From a virus (taxonomy: Duplodnaviria; Caudoviricetes), in the IMG/VR virus record IMGVR_UViG_3300043812_000026: a stretch of DNA of 64,000 bases; one strand, 5' to 3'. This document shows, one piece after another, positions 17,496 to 26,985 of this stretch; the first letter of the stretch is position 1; every line of letters begins with the position of its first letter. Made by a program: the position numbers and the translations under genes. The notes under the pieces were generated by a model. That model was not told where the DNA came from, ran no database searches, and was given only the letters and a program-made list of their open reading frames with translations.

Positions 17496-18057
17496 TCTAA
17501 GCCCTCCTAATTGATTTTAGTATAATTTATCATGAACAAATTAAAATCGCTAAAACAGGCTCTTATAGCCTAATTTGAGCATATATAAATTGAGTTTTAA
17601 CCTAGATAGGAATGTTTTAAAAATCGGTTCTTGCTTACTGTCTGTAAGTATCTTCTAATCGTAGTCCTAACTAGGCTCTGTTTATAGTTTAACTCAATAA
17701 ATTTAAATATATGCTGAATTATAGCCATTTTAAGGAGTTTTAGCTGATTTTAACCCACTTAAAATAAGTACACTAAATTGTGTGTTATTCTTGGTTTTCA
17801 AAAATTAATATAGTGAACAAAAGCTAATGAAAATGTGAATACTTTTTCTGGTACTCAAAAATTAATATAATTCTACATACAAAACTGTAGACAAAAAGGA
17901 CTTTGAATAGCCTTAAAACCACTCAAAATCCCTATGTTTAGCGTCTATGATAATTAATTAGGATTGGTAAAGAAGCACCAGTTACAAACCCTAATGCAGT
18001 AGTTAACTCTAGCATTTGCACATGAGGCAAACCTAAAACATAGCCAATCAAATAACC

Positions 18058-18230
18058 AGCAAATACAATACCTTGCCGTCAACTACCTAGCACTAAAGTA
18101 CTAGGCTTGTAACTCACAATTAGTTATCTAGCTAATTAGAAGTACAAACATTATTAGTATCTAATAACTCCTTCGTAACGTGGTTACATTGGGCTGGTTG
18201 ACAACAACCTCTACTATTAACATATCAGTC
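18058..18230 (-). ncRNA. Putative omega/reRNA of TnpB #1 with flanking guide GGCAAGGUAUUGUAUUUGCU
   Basis: Non-coding region between the tnpB stop and the RE, plus 3' flank; 5' end uncertain. Confidence 0.65.
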
Positions 18231-19445
18231 AATAGCGTTAATTATTTCAAATTTAGGATTAGGATTACCAGTAATATACTGTTTCCCAAGATCATATAAG
18301 TTTATAGCACCAATCCGATCATCATTAGTCTTAAAACCGCAATGGTCACAGATATATAGGTGTAATTTATGATTACGGTTATCCTTTCTAATTTGTCCAC
18401 ATCTAGGACAGCGTTGGCTTGTATATTGTGCTGGCACCTCTAGTACAGTTGATCCTACTAAGTTAGCCTTATATTTTAACTTTGTTTCTAAATCATAGAA
18501 TGCCCACGAATGTAAATCTCTAATATTATCCTTAGACTGCATTCTTTGTTCAAAGGAAACATCAGTTAAGTCTTCTAAGACAAATAGTGTATTTTTACCA
18601 CAGTGGTCAATAAGTGTCTTCGACAAACAATGATTAACATCATTCATCCAGCGGTTCTCTTTTTGACCTAGTTTCTTTAATTTGTGCTTAGCAGACTTAG
18701 TACCACATTTTTGCAATTGTTGTCGTAAGTATTGATACTTCTTACGTCTATAAGCAATTGTCTTACCATTAAAGAACTTAGTATTACCTTGTTCATCATA
18801 GAGAGTCATGATCTGTCGTAACCCACGATCTATACCAACAATATGTTGGTTATTATCCTTAGTCCAATCTAGGCACTCCCGTTCATAGGAAATATGTAAA
18901 TACCATTTACCTTGATTATGAACTAACTTAGCTCCACCCAGTTTAACTTGGTCATTAATAAGAATATTAATGTAAGTTTGGTCGTAATCAACCTTAATTC
19001 TTTTGCCAATAACATTCATGGAAATTTGTGTTGCATTCTTGACAAATGAGTAATTAGATTGACGAACATAATCAGCCTGTGGTCGCTTAAAATTAATTGG
19101 TTTTTGCAACCAACCTAAGTTTCGATATTGCTTATACCACTTACCAGTATTCTTATCTTGATAATGATAGGGATGCTGTTTTATCTGTGTTTCTACGGTT
19201 TTATATCTAGCTACCACAGTCCTAAAAGTAGATTGAACCATCAATGAATTTAATTCACTATTAGATCGTAACGGATAGTACATTTCTTTTTGAAATTCTT
19301 TCCTATTAGGCTTGAAATAGCTATCAAAATACCATTGACTTACAATGTTACAAACTCGTTGATATTCCTTAGATACTGCTTTAAGCATACCAGCCTGTTC
19401 TTGGGTAGGATATAGTCTAACTTTAGCAGTTAAATTTTGTATCAT
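18225..19445 (-). CDS. tnpB: TnpB RNA-guided endonuclease
   Basis: N-term KVRLYPTQEQ; RuvC I GIDRG, II VLEDL, III DDRIGAIN; Zn finger CPRC...CDHC. Confidence 0.93.
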   Translation of the reverse strand: MIQNLTAKVRLYPTQEQAGMLKAVSKEYQRVCNIVSQWYFDSYFKPNRKEFQKEMYYPLRSNSELNSLMVQSTFRTVVARYKTVETQIKQHPYHYQDKNTGKWYKQYRNLGWLQKPINFKRPQADYVRQSNYSFVKNATQISMNVIGKRIKVDYDQTYINILINDQVKLGGAKLVHNQGKWYLHISYERECLDWTKDNNQHIVGIDRGLRQIMTLYDEQGNTKFFNGKTIAYRRKKYQYLRQQLQKCGTKSAKHKLKKLGQKENRWMNDVNHCLSKTLIDHCGKNTLFVLEDLTDVSFEQRMQSKDNIRDLHSWAFYDLETKLKYKANLVGSTVLEVPAQYTSQRCPRCGQIRKDNRNHKLHLYICDHCGFKTNDDRIGAINLYDLGKQYITGNPNPKFEIINAID

Positions 19446-19467
19446 ATTATCACCTCTTTTCTTTAAT

Positions 19468-19506
19468 CACTAATTATATTATACAGTTTGATTAAAGCAT
19501 TGTCAA
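19468..19506 (-). promoter_or_regulatory. Consensus sigmaA promoter inside the IS left end, driving tnpB
   Basis: TTGACA-atgctttaatcaaactg-TATAAT. Confidence 0.8.
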
Positions 19507-19646
19507 ATATAAAAAAGAGATAATTCATCTCGTCACTAAAGTAACGAGTTTTCTCATCTCCTTAATTCATAAAAAGCTATAAACAACCGTCATTATAAGG
19601 GTCATTAACAACCAATTATTAATTAGCTTTTTCATCTGCGATTACC

Positions 19647-19982
19647 TTATTTCTTAGCTGTAGTAGTTGTCTTTTTAGCTGATGTTCTAGTAACTTTCTT
19701 AGTTGCTGTCTTCTTAGGCTTAGGTTCTTCTTTCTTTAAGGGCAAGAATCCCCACTCAGTATCATAAATCCCATGTTCTACGACTTTAACATTCTTAAAA
19801 TCTGCTGTTAATTGTACAGTATAGGACTTGATAACACCAGTATTAGGTTCTTTAACTCTGAAAGTAGGCAAACCATTAAGGCGATTGTATTCTTGGTCCT
19901 TAGCTCTAACTTCATACTGCTTAAAAGCCAAGCTGTCAATCAATTCATATGTTTTCTTTTCAACAATCCGTTTATTAATCAT
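19647..19982 (-). CDS. Hypothetical protein with K/T-rich basic tail
   Basis: 111 aa; AAGGAGAG RBS. Confidence 0.75.
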   Translation of the reverse strand: MINKRIVEKKTYELIDSLAFKQYEVRAKDQEYNRLNGLPTFRVKEPNTGVIKSYTVQLTADFKNVKVVEHGIYDTEWGFLPLKKEEPKPKKTATKKVTRTSAKKTTTTAKK

Positions 19983-19984
19983 TT

Positions 19985-20551
19985 TTATCTCTCCTTGTAT
20001 TTACGTCTAATATTTTCTTGCTTATTCTCGTGTAATTGTACCTTACGGGACACCTTTTTCTTACCTATTTTGCGTCCTTTACCGTAACCGGGGTTTTTAT
20101 GAGTAACTCTGCTATCCAGAGAGTCATGAATATTAAAAAAGTCACGTGAAGTGGTACGATAGCGATAATTATACATAATTGTAATATAGTTTTCAGATAA
20201 GACCTGTGCAGTAATGTAAAGTTTACCATTAATCATTGCCCCAGTCCTTACTTGGTATATTTCAGTAGTGGTTGAAATAGTACCTTTCTGATCTATCTTT
20301 TTTAGCTGTAGTAGTTTTAAGTCAATCTTTTCATACCTAGAGACCAATTCCAGACCATACTTTTCTGCGTTGTATAGGTCCTTTTTACTGGCTTTATTAA
20401 TCTTAGTAAAGAAACCCTCTAAGTAATATCCTCTTTTACTATTTAAAAACCCTGCGCCGGTTAGCGACAGACCTTTGATGCCACTTTCGTTTTTCTGCTT
20501 TGCTATGAAACTCACCACCTGTTGTAGTATCGTGTGTATAGATATTGCCAA
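19985..20551 (-). CDS. Conserved basic phage protein (start uncertain)
   Basis: ORF track; annotated TTG start overlaps the upstream gene and lacks an RBS. Confidence 0.6.
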   Translation of the reverse strand: MAISIHTILQQVVSFIAKQKNESGIKGLSLTGAGFLNSKRGYYLEGFFTKINKASKKDLYNAEKYGLELVSRYEKIDLKLLQLKKIDQKGTISTTTEIYQVRTGAMINGKLYITAQVLSENYITIMYNYRYRTTSRDFFNIHDSLDSRVTHKNPGYGKGRKIGKKKVSRKVQLHENKQENIRRKYKER

Positions 20552-21164
20552 AATGGTAACGTTGTAAAGATTTTTTAGAATCTAACATACCTTTGATATA
20601 AAGACTGGCAATTACTTTTTGTTGATTATCCCTATTAAACATCTCGCCAAATAGATTTTCTGCTTCTACCCGTCTACGCTTTTCTCGGATATGAGTTTTA
20701 GCATTAAGGATAGCATTAAGTTCGCTAGACCATAAAATGGAAGTAGTCCCTCTTAAAGTTACTTTAGGCGAAGGTTCAGCCTTTTTAATCATTCCTGTAA
20801 TTGCTTGGTCTTCAAATTGCTCATAGCTAATAATACCTACACAACTTAATTCTGGATTACTTTCAATCAGCTCTTTTACTTTTTTAACGTGGGAGTCGTG
20901 GCAATAAACATAAGTATATTTACAAACTCTTATATAATCTGCTAACTGATGAGGAAGTCTTCTGAGAGTATCATATTCAGTTTTAATTTCAATTCCAATG
21001 ATACCCTTATTACTACTAAACAGTAGGCAATCAGCAATTGTTTTCCAGTTAATTGTCTTTTCGTAGATAATTAAGCTGTTACCAATTGGACCATAACGAT
21101 CAAATAGGTTTTTATTATGTAAGATACTGTTTTTAATCTCATCTTCCATTAATCGTTTCATCAC
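20439..21164 (-). CDS. PD-(D/E)XK nuclease-like protein (sce7726-like)
   Basis: IADCLL...GIEIKTEYDTLRRLPHQLADY. Confidence 0.7.
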   Translation of the reverse strand: MMKRLMEDEIKNSILHNKNLFDRYGPIGNSLIIYEKTINWKTIADCLLFSSNKGIIGIEIKTEYDTLRRLPHQLADYIRVCKYTYVYCHDSHVKKVKELIESNPELSCVGIISYEQFEDQAITGMIKKAEPSPKVTLRGTTSILWSSELNAILNAKTHIREKRRRVEAENLFGEMFNRDNQQKVIASLYIKGMLDSKKSLQRYHFGNIYTHDTTTGGEFHSKAEKRKWHQRSVANRRRVFK

Positions 21165-21721
21165 ATTGCCCCCGAAGAAGTTAATACATTAAAGTAAGGC
21201 ATATAGGTACTGTATAAAGGTCCAATATACCCTTTCCAGCGATCGAATTGGTAAGTATCTTTTAACCATTTAACATTATTAAGACCAATGAATATACCAG
21301 TCTTTTCCATCTTTTCATATTTACCTGTCTTTGGTCCTACTAACACTTTTTTGTGCATTTCGGGGAAACCTAAGCCCCAATTACCAGTAACTGTATCAGT
21401 ACCCCTAATGACTGGAGTAGTAAAAATAGCTGGCAAGTAGTTGAATTTACGTTTAACTTTTAACTTACGCTTATTATTGAGATGTTGAGCTAAGCTTGTT
21501 CCCTCATAAGGCTTTTCCTTAGTCTCTACTAGCATTCGCTTCTTAAACAATACGTTTGGGTCCTTAGTTTGCTTATAAAGTTCAATTCCTTTAGTACCTA
21601 GTTCATAGGCAATTACTAATTTACCATCGTCACCTTGGATTAAGTCTATATAGTAATAAGGCTCATTATCAACAATAACAACGCCTGATTGTACATCAAG
21701 CATCTTTTCCAGTTCGTTCAT
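21161..21721 (-). CDS. Conserved Herelleviridae-type hypothetical protein
   Basis: ORF in syntenic position; KTGIFIGLNNVKW. Confidence 0.7.
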   Translation of the reverse strand: MNELEKMLDVQSGVVIVDNEPYYYIDLIQGDDGKLVIAYELGTKGIELYKQTKDPNVLFKKRMLVETKEKPYEGTSLAQHLNNKRKLKVKRKFNYLPAIFTTPVIRGTDTVTGNWGLGFPEMHKKVLVGPKTGKYEKMEKTGIFIGLNNVKWLKDTYQFDRWKGYIGPLYSTYMPYFNVLTSSGAM

Positions 21722-22067
21722 TCTTATCACCCATTACTTTATGTTCATAATATTTAAGTCTAGCTTTATACTGATAAGCGATAAACTTACGGACGATTAC
21801 AGAGTCAATAATATCTCTTACCCAGAAAGCTAAAATTAAGCCAATAATAAATGCAACTTCATTTTCAAGCCCTAAGTAAGTGTATACAATGTATATACCA
21901 GTTACTCCTAATAGAATGGTTAAGGTATAAGAGATTAAGATACTAACACTGTAAACGTTTCTTTGGAATCTGGTTATGTTTTGCTTATCTTGTCTAATAT
22001 TAGTATAAGCAGAGATACCTTCAAAGATTTCAACTATAATATAAGTAATTATACAATATTGTATCAT
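21696..22067 (-). CDS. Membrane protein
   Basis: Three hydrophobic segments. Confidence 0.7.
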   Translation of the reverse strand: MIQYCIITYIIVEIFEGISAYTNIRQDKQNITRFQRNVYSVSILISYTLTILLGVTGIYIVYTYLGLENEVAFIIGLILAFWVRDIIDSVIVRKFIAYQYKARLKYYEHKVMGDKNERTGKDA

Positions 22068-22699
22068 TAGTCTGTTATCACCTCTTTATTGTCCTCTGTT
22101 TTTACTTCACCGTCTAAGGCAATAGGTAAATTCATAATTTTACCATCGAAGTCTTTAATGTGTTCATTAACATAAGCTTGAGCAGAGTCTTTACTAGAAA
22201 AAGTAAGAACAGCATTAAGCTCATCAGACCAGAATAGTTGGTTGTCATTAGTTAATAAGTAGTAAGCACCACTAATACAGTTATTTTCCCGTTGGAACCC
22301 TTGAATAATCTTACTATCAATTAAATGCTGTGCTTCTAACTTCTGTAATTCATTTGATTTTTTGTTATTACCGAATTCTTCGTATAGGTCTGCTAAGTTC
22401 TCAGTATTAGACAAGAACATAACTTCCTTTTCACCTTTTTCGTTTAGACGACTTACCACTAATTCGTCATAATTATAAAATAGTTCCTGTTGTCCTAAGT
22501 TATACATTGTTTCACCTAGCACAACTATACCAATAACTAAGAGGACTAACCAAGCCCAAACACCCCACATAGGTATAGTATACCCAGTAACAATGGCAAT
22601 AATTAGCAATGTAAATAATGCGATTAATAAACCAAAAGACCAATGAAATCTGTTAATTAATTTATCATATGGAATATTCATAATTTTATTATCTTTCAT
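22067..22699 (-). CDS. Membrane protein
   Basis: Two N-terminal TM helices, GAGG RBS. Confidence 0.75.
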   Translation of the reverse strand: MKDNKIMNIPYDKLINRFHWSFGLLIALFTLLIIAIVTGYTIPMWGVWAWLVLLVIGIVVLGETMYNLGQQELFYNYDELVVSRLNEKGEKEVMFLSNTENLADLYEEFGNNKKSNELQKLEAQHLIDSKIIQGFQRENNCISGAYYLLTNDNQLFWSDELNAVLTFSSKDSAQAYVNEHIKDFDGKIMNLPIALDGEVKTEDNKEVITD

Positions 22700-22765
22700 T
22701 AAATTAAAAACCTCACTAAATTTATTAACTTAATTATAGCTAATAAATAGTGAGGTTTAATTATT

Positions 22766-24256
22766 TTATAGGTTTACTACCAATGGTGTAATTGTTTCTG
22801 GAGTAACATTTAACATTACTTGACTAGCAGAAGCATAGCACCCTAGTCGATCGCTGTATTCTGTAGGACCAATCAGCGACCCTGACTGAACTACTAGCCC
22901 ATTATTTTCTTTAATCATTAATGAATGTAAATGACCTCCTACCAATGCGTCTAAAGTAGTATGTTCAAATGCTCCAACCTTAGCAAGACAGTTGTTGTCA
23001 TTAACCTTATCTAAATCTCCATGAACAAAAGCTAAATTATGACCTTGCACATTAACAATATGACGGTATTCTGTATCTGGATTAATGACTTTAAAATTAG
23101 TCATTGCTTTATTAGTATTTTTAAAGCTCTTAGTTAATTCTCGTGCTACTACAGCAACACTATCACCGTAGAGTTGATCTTTTTTATTAGGAGCAAAGCG
23201 ATCATGATTACCTGCCAATTCAGTAAATTCAAATTGAATATTAGGAAAACTAATCGCTAAGCTGGATAAGAAACTATCTTGTAATTCGGTAGCTTTAACA
23301 ATCTGATTAGACAATTCAAATTCAGTGTAGTAACCTTGGTTTTGTCTCATCTGGGAATTTTCAATTAAGTCACCTAGGTTAATAATCTTAATATTACTTG
23401 GCTTGTATAATTGAACAGCCCGACAAATAGCTTGAATGTATTTATCTAAACGCTGTTGAGCAATCGCATAGCTGTATTCATTATTCTTAAGTTCTACTTT
23501 AGCTCCAATGTGCCAGTCAGATGTAATAATAATTAAAGTGTCATTATTATTAACACCAAGATTATCTTTTACATATCTATTAGTACGAATAACTCGGGGC
23601 TTACTAATATTCTTAATTAGTTCTCGACTAAAGATCGTTTGATCTGTTAATTTACGTTGTAATTTATTAAGCTCACGATTTTTATTTTGTAATTCCCGTT
23701 TCTTAATCTGGTATTCGCCTAATTCGCTACCAAAGGCTTTATTAACAAATTGTTGTTCTGTTGCTGAAAGCTCTTGTCTAGGAGACTGTTCTAATTCGTC
23801 TTTACGTCTCATGACTAATTCTTTAAAGTCTCTACTTGGCGAGAAGACTAAATCTAATTCTTTAGCCTTGGCTCTAACCTTACGCCATGAAATAGATTTA
23901 CTAGGACTAGCATTTTCTAATTCTCTAACAATCATCACAACCTTATCCAATTCCGTTGTCGGAATAGACAAAACTTCATCTCTAGTATTAACATAATGAA
24001 CTTTAACTGGAGAAGAAGTTAAACCCAGAACAGATTCAATAGTTTCACTACCCTCTTTAACACTCATATATACTTTATGAGCGCTACTATCTTTATCAGA
24101 TAGGTTACTAATGAATTGATCTAGGTCTTTAGAGTTGATTGTTTTTTGACTATAGTCTCTTAAATAAGAGTTAATGATACCAAGAGAAACTTGGTTATTA
24201 AATTTACGAGCAATATCACCTAAAATTGCATATACAAGCTTTGTATTGATTAGCAA
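22766..24256 (-). CDS. Calcineurin-like metallophosphoesterase with N-terminal coiled coil
   Basis: SDWHIG, LGDLIE, GNHDR, VHGD, GHLH motifs. Confidence 0.88.
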   Translation of the reverse strand: MLINTKLVYAILGDIARKFNNQVSLGIINSYLRDYSQKTINSKDLDQFISNLSDKDSSAHKVYMSVKEGSETIESVLGLTSSPVKVHYVNTRDEVLSIPTTELDKVVMIVRELENASPSKSISWRKVRAKAKELDLVFSPSRDFKELVMRRKDELEQSPRQELSATEQQFVNKAFGSELGEYQIKKRELQNKNRELNKLQRKLTDQTIFSRELIKNISKPRVIRTNRYVKDNLGVNNNDTLIIITSDWHIGAKVELKNNEYSYAIAQQRLDKYIQAICRAVQLYKPSNIKIINLGDLIENSQMRQNQGYYTEFELSNQIVKATELQDSFLSSLAISFPNIQFEFTELAGNHDRFAPNKKDQLYGDSVAVVARELTKSFKNTNKAMTNFKVINPDTEYRHIVNVQGHNLAFVHGDLDKVNDNNCLAKVGAFEHTTLDALVGGHLHSLMIKENNGLVVQSGSLIGPTEYSDRLGCYASASQVMLNVTPETITPLVVNL

Positions 24257-24264
24257 ACCTTCCC

Positions 24265-25167
24265 TTACTCTAACGAATTAAGTAATAGGTTTTTTAAGTT
24301 AATCTCTGATACAGCATAGCCGACTTTGCTAATTGGCTGTTTAGGTATAAAAGTATTATTTGTCAAGAATTCTTTGAGTTTTTCATTATTGTAAGCACTA
24401 GGATGTAACACTAGGTACTTAGCGACTGAATTCTTCGAAGCTTTAATATCAAACGTAACCAATACATCAGCTTGCTGGTATTGACCTAATACGAAGCGAG
24501 ACTTACGATAGTCTCCTTCTTCTCTAGCAATAACAATATAAGTGTCATAATACTTAATCATTGTACTATCTGGTTTAGTATACATATTAATCACTTTAGG
24601 CATATAGTAATAAAGTTTGTTAGATTGTAAGTAAAAATGAGTATTAACTACAACCTTAGTGTTAATAAAATTATAAACGTCTTTAGTATCTAGGTCAGGG
24701 ATTTTTAGTCCATATTCTAATTTATCCAGTTCATCAATCAAGTTATATGATTTATTGTGTTCTTGGTCAAATAGAATTGGTAAAATTCCTGTAAAGTAAG
24801 ATACCATTGCTAAAACGTTAGGTCTCATATCATCAGAGTAATAACTAAAACCATACCCTTCACATATTATACTACAATTTGAGATATTTTTAACAGTTTT
24901 TTCATAATTTGTCCAATAAGGATTAAAAGAAATAAACTCTTGACCTGCTAAACTAGATAGGTTAGTTTGTGGCGATAAAGCAATTCCAATCAAAATGATT
25001 TTAACGGGCTGTTGGGAAGTAATACCCTCTAATTGACTTAGATAACTAATAGAATACATATCAACCTTATATCCCTTATTAAGGTAATAGGCTTTAGCTA
25101 GTAAACCAGCTAAATAACTTACTCTATCTGTGTGGTGATAGATAATAACAGGTTTTTTAGTAGCCAT
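24265..25167 (-). CDS. Hypothetical protein, possibly degenerate DHH phosphoesterase fold
   Basis: N-terminal VIIYHHTD motif; class-II promoter upstream. Confidence 0.5.
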   Translation of the reverse strand: MATKKPVIIYHHTDRVSYLAGLLAKAYYLNKGYKVDMYSISYLSQLEGITSQQPVKIILIGIALSPQTNLSSLAGQEFISFNPYWTNYEKTVKNISNCSIICEGYGFSYYSDDMRPNVLAMVSYFTGILPILFDQEHNKSYNLIDELDKLEYGLKIPDLDTKDVYNFINTKVVVNTHFYLQSNKLYYYMPKVINMYTKPDSTMIKYYDTYIVIAREEGDYRKSRFVLGQYQQADVLVTFDIKASKNSVAKYLVLHPSAYNNEKLKEFLTNNTFIPKQPISKVGYAVSEINLKNLLLNSLE

Positions 25168-25195
25168 TATTACACATCCTTTCTCTTTTATATTT

Positions 25196-25227
25196 TAAGT
25201 ATAACACTTTTAGTTAAATATTCAACT
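25196..25227 (-). promoter_or_regulatory. Class-II promoter with operator (copy 3)
   Basis: Minus strand AGTTGAATATTTAACT-AAAAGTGT-TATACT. Confidence 0.75.
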
Positions 25228-25284
25228 GTTTTTGTACAAAGGGCAAAAATAAAAAGAGGTTAAATTAATAACCCCTTTTATTGA

Positions 25285-25497
25285 TTATCTACCTGCTTGA
25301 ACGTTGAAAGCAGGAACTTTAGCAGTATCACCGATGACTTTACCATCTGTGTAGGCTACTGTATATTCCCCTTCTTTAACTGCTTGACCAGCTTTTAAGC
25401 CTTTAATATTTACAGTGTTCTTACCAATATCACCTTGAGCTACTAAGCTACCGGCTTGGTTAAACACTTCTAAGATTAATCCTTGTCCGTTATCCAT
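25285..25497 (-). CDS. Small tail accessory protein (FN3/Ig-like)
   Basis: GLKAGQAVKEGEYTVAYTDG...KVPAF; paralog of its neighbours. Confidence 0.7.
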   Translation of the reverse strand: MDNGQGLILEVFNQAGSLVAQGDIGKNTVNIKGLKAGQAVKEGEYTVAYTDGKVIGDTAKVPAFNVQAGR

Positions 25498-25510
25498 GTT
25501 TTAAATCCCT

Positions 25511-25762
25511 CTATTCTGCGCTAATTGTTGTTCTCTTACTACTTGCAACTACTTTAATATTTGTTGGTTTTTCAATTGCCTTATTTAAGATAATTTCTGG
25601 TACGTCTACTAATTCAGACCTATTAATACCGTCACTAAAGGCTACTTTATAATCCCCAGCTTTAACGTTTTCTTTAGTGACAAAAGTAACCGTATTACCT
25701 TGCCCCACATTAACCAAGCGACCGTTCTTAAATAAGAGTAATTGTAGTCCTTGATTATCCAT
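25511..25762 (-). CDS. Small tail accessory protein (FN3/Ig-like)
   Basis: AGDYKVAFSDG...VDVP. Confidence 0.7.
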   Translation of the reverse strand: MDNQGLQLLLFKNGRLVNVGQGNTVTFVTKENVKAGDYKVAFSDGINRSELVDVPEIILNKAIEKPTNIKVVASSKRTTISAE

Positions 25763-25783
25763 TAGCTATTTATTTCTTTAACC

Positions 25784-26355
25784 TTATACTGAAGCTGGGC
25801 TTGCTGGAGTAGCTGATGTAGGCTCATTACTTTCTGCTGGTTGACTAGAGGCTGGTTCTGGAGCAGGGGCGGGTTTAGCTGTAACTTCTACATTTTGGGT
25901 TAACTTAGCCCCACCGTCTGCTGATGTCCAATTAAAGGTAGTTCTACCCGCTTTAACTAGATGAGCAGAAAATGCGTGCTTAGCGTCATCCCACTTAATA
26001 GTAGCAATACTTTCATCTGCACTAACAGCACTAACAGTATTATTAGTAACATCACTTGGATTAATGCTAGTAACTGTAACATTTAAGTCGTCACCTTCGG
26101 TACCTGTAATAGTATCTGGGGCTAAGGTGAAACTTTCCATTAGAATAGCTAAAGTCTTAAAGTCTGGGCACACTAATTTTATCGCTAGTATCTCCATTTT
26201 CCTTAACCCAAGCCTACTGTGTATGAACCGTCTGGATAATCAGTATTAGGAATTAAATCAGTAATCTCTACCTGTTTAGCTCCCTTTTCTCCAGTAGCAA
26301 TTACTCTATTATCTTTGTCATAAATTACTAAGTGTTCGTTTGTTCTATCTTCCAT
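25784..26355 (-). CDS. Ig-like tail protein (~189 aa), broken by two extra bases (~26167, ~26213)
   Basis: MEDRTNEH...GSYTV-AWVKENGDTSDKISV-PDFKTLAILMESF aligns with paralog GSYSVAYY...LPAFRTKPVIMESF; SADGGA Ig motif. Confidence 0.75.
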
Positions 26356-26369
26356 TTACTCGTACCCTC

Positions 26370-26963
26370 CTAATTTACTTTAATTGTAGCTGAATTACTC
26401 TTACTATCTACAGTTACTTCTTCTGGGGCTTCTGGTTTAGGTCTTACTTCTACAGATAGGTCAAAAGTAGCTCCACCACCGTCTAAAGCAGTAAATACAA
26501 TATCTGTTTCTCCTTCTTTTACAAAGTTAATATCATAAGTACCCCGTTGACTATTATACTTAGCGAGGGCAATATCTTCGTCTTTACTTTCTGCTTTAAC
26601 ATTAACATTAGAAGTATTAGTTGGCTTGTAGTTACCCGGAAGAACAGACTTAACTTCGCCTTCTACACCACTAATCTCTTTACCTACGTCAATATCAAAA
26701 CTTTCCATAATGACGGGTTTAGTTCTAAAAGCTGGTAGTTGCATCCGCCCGCTACCATTACCTTGTTCACTGTAGTAAGCAACACTATAAGATCCTGCTG
26801 GATAAAACGTGTCAGGCTGAAGACCAATGATTACAACTTTGTTTTCACCAGCTTTACCAATACCAATTTTGTCAGGAGACTCTAAGCCCTTAAAAGCGAC
26901 CATACGCTGTTTGGTTCGATCACCAGACATGATAAATTTTGGTTCATACTGAAAAGGTAGCAT
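26370..26963 (-). CDS. Ig-like (Big_2-type) tail protein
   Basis: PTNTSNVNVKAESKDEDIA...ALDGGG. Confidence 0.75.
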   Translation of the reverse strand: MLPFQYEPKFIMSGDRTKQRMVAFKGLESPDKIGIGKAGENKVVIIGLQPDTFYPAGSYSVAYYSEQGNGSGRMQLPAFRTKPVIMESFDIDVGKEISGVEGEVKSVLPGNYKPTNTSNVNVKAESKDEDIALAKYNSQRGTYDINFVKEGETDIVFTALDGGGATFDLSVEVRPKPEAPEEVTVDSKSNSATIKVN

Positions 26964-26985
26964 CTATCCTACTCCTTTCATTTTA

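Larger units (their letters stand above)
18078..19568 (-). mobile_element. IS200/IS605-family TnpB-only element (IS1341 type) #1
   Basis: Inserted 3' of TTTAT with no target duplication; LE hairpin CTCGTTACTTTAGTGACGAG; RE hairpin CCTAGTACTTTAGTGCTAGG ending TAGTTGAC. Confidence 0.9.
17938..19635 (-). pseudogene. 68-aa membrane protein gene interrupted by the TnpB element
   Basis: Joining 19635-19569 to 18077-17938 restores MKKLINNWLLMTLIMTVVYSFL-W-QGIVFAGYLIGYVLGLPHVQMLELTTALGFVTGASLPILINYHRR*, with the TGG codon split T|GG. Confidence 0.85.

Noticed and set aside
18078-19568. IStron (group I intron-TnpB hybrid) that would splice out of the interrupted gene
   Set aside because: Only ~120 nt lie between the left end and tnpB, too short for a group I intron core
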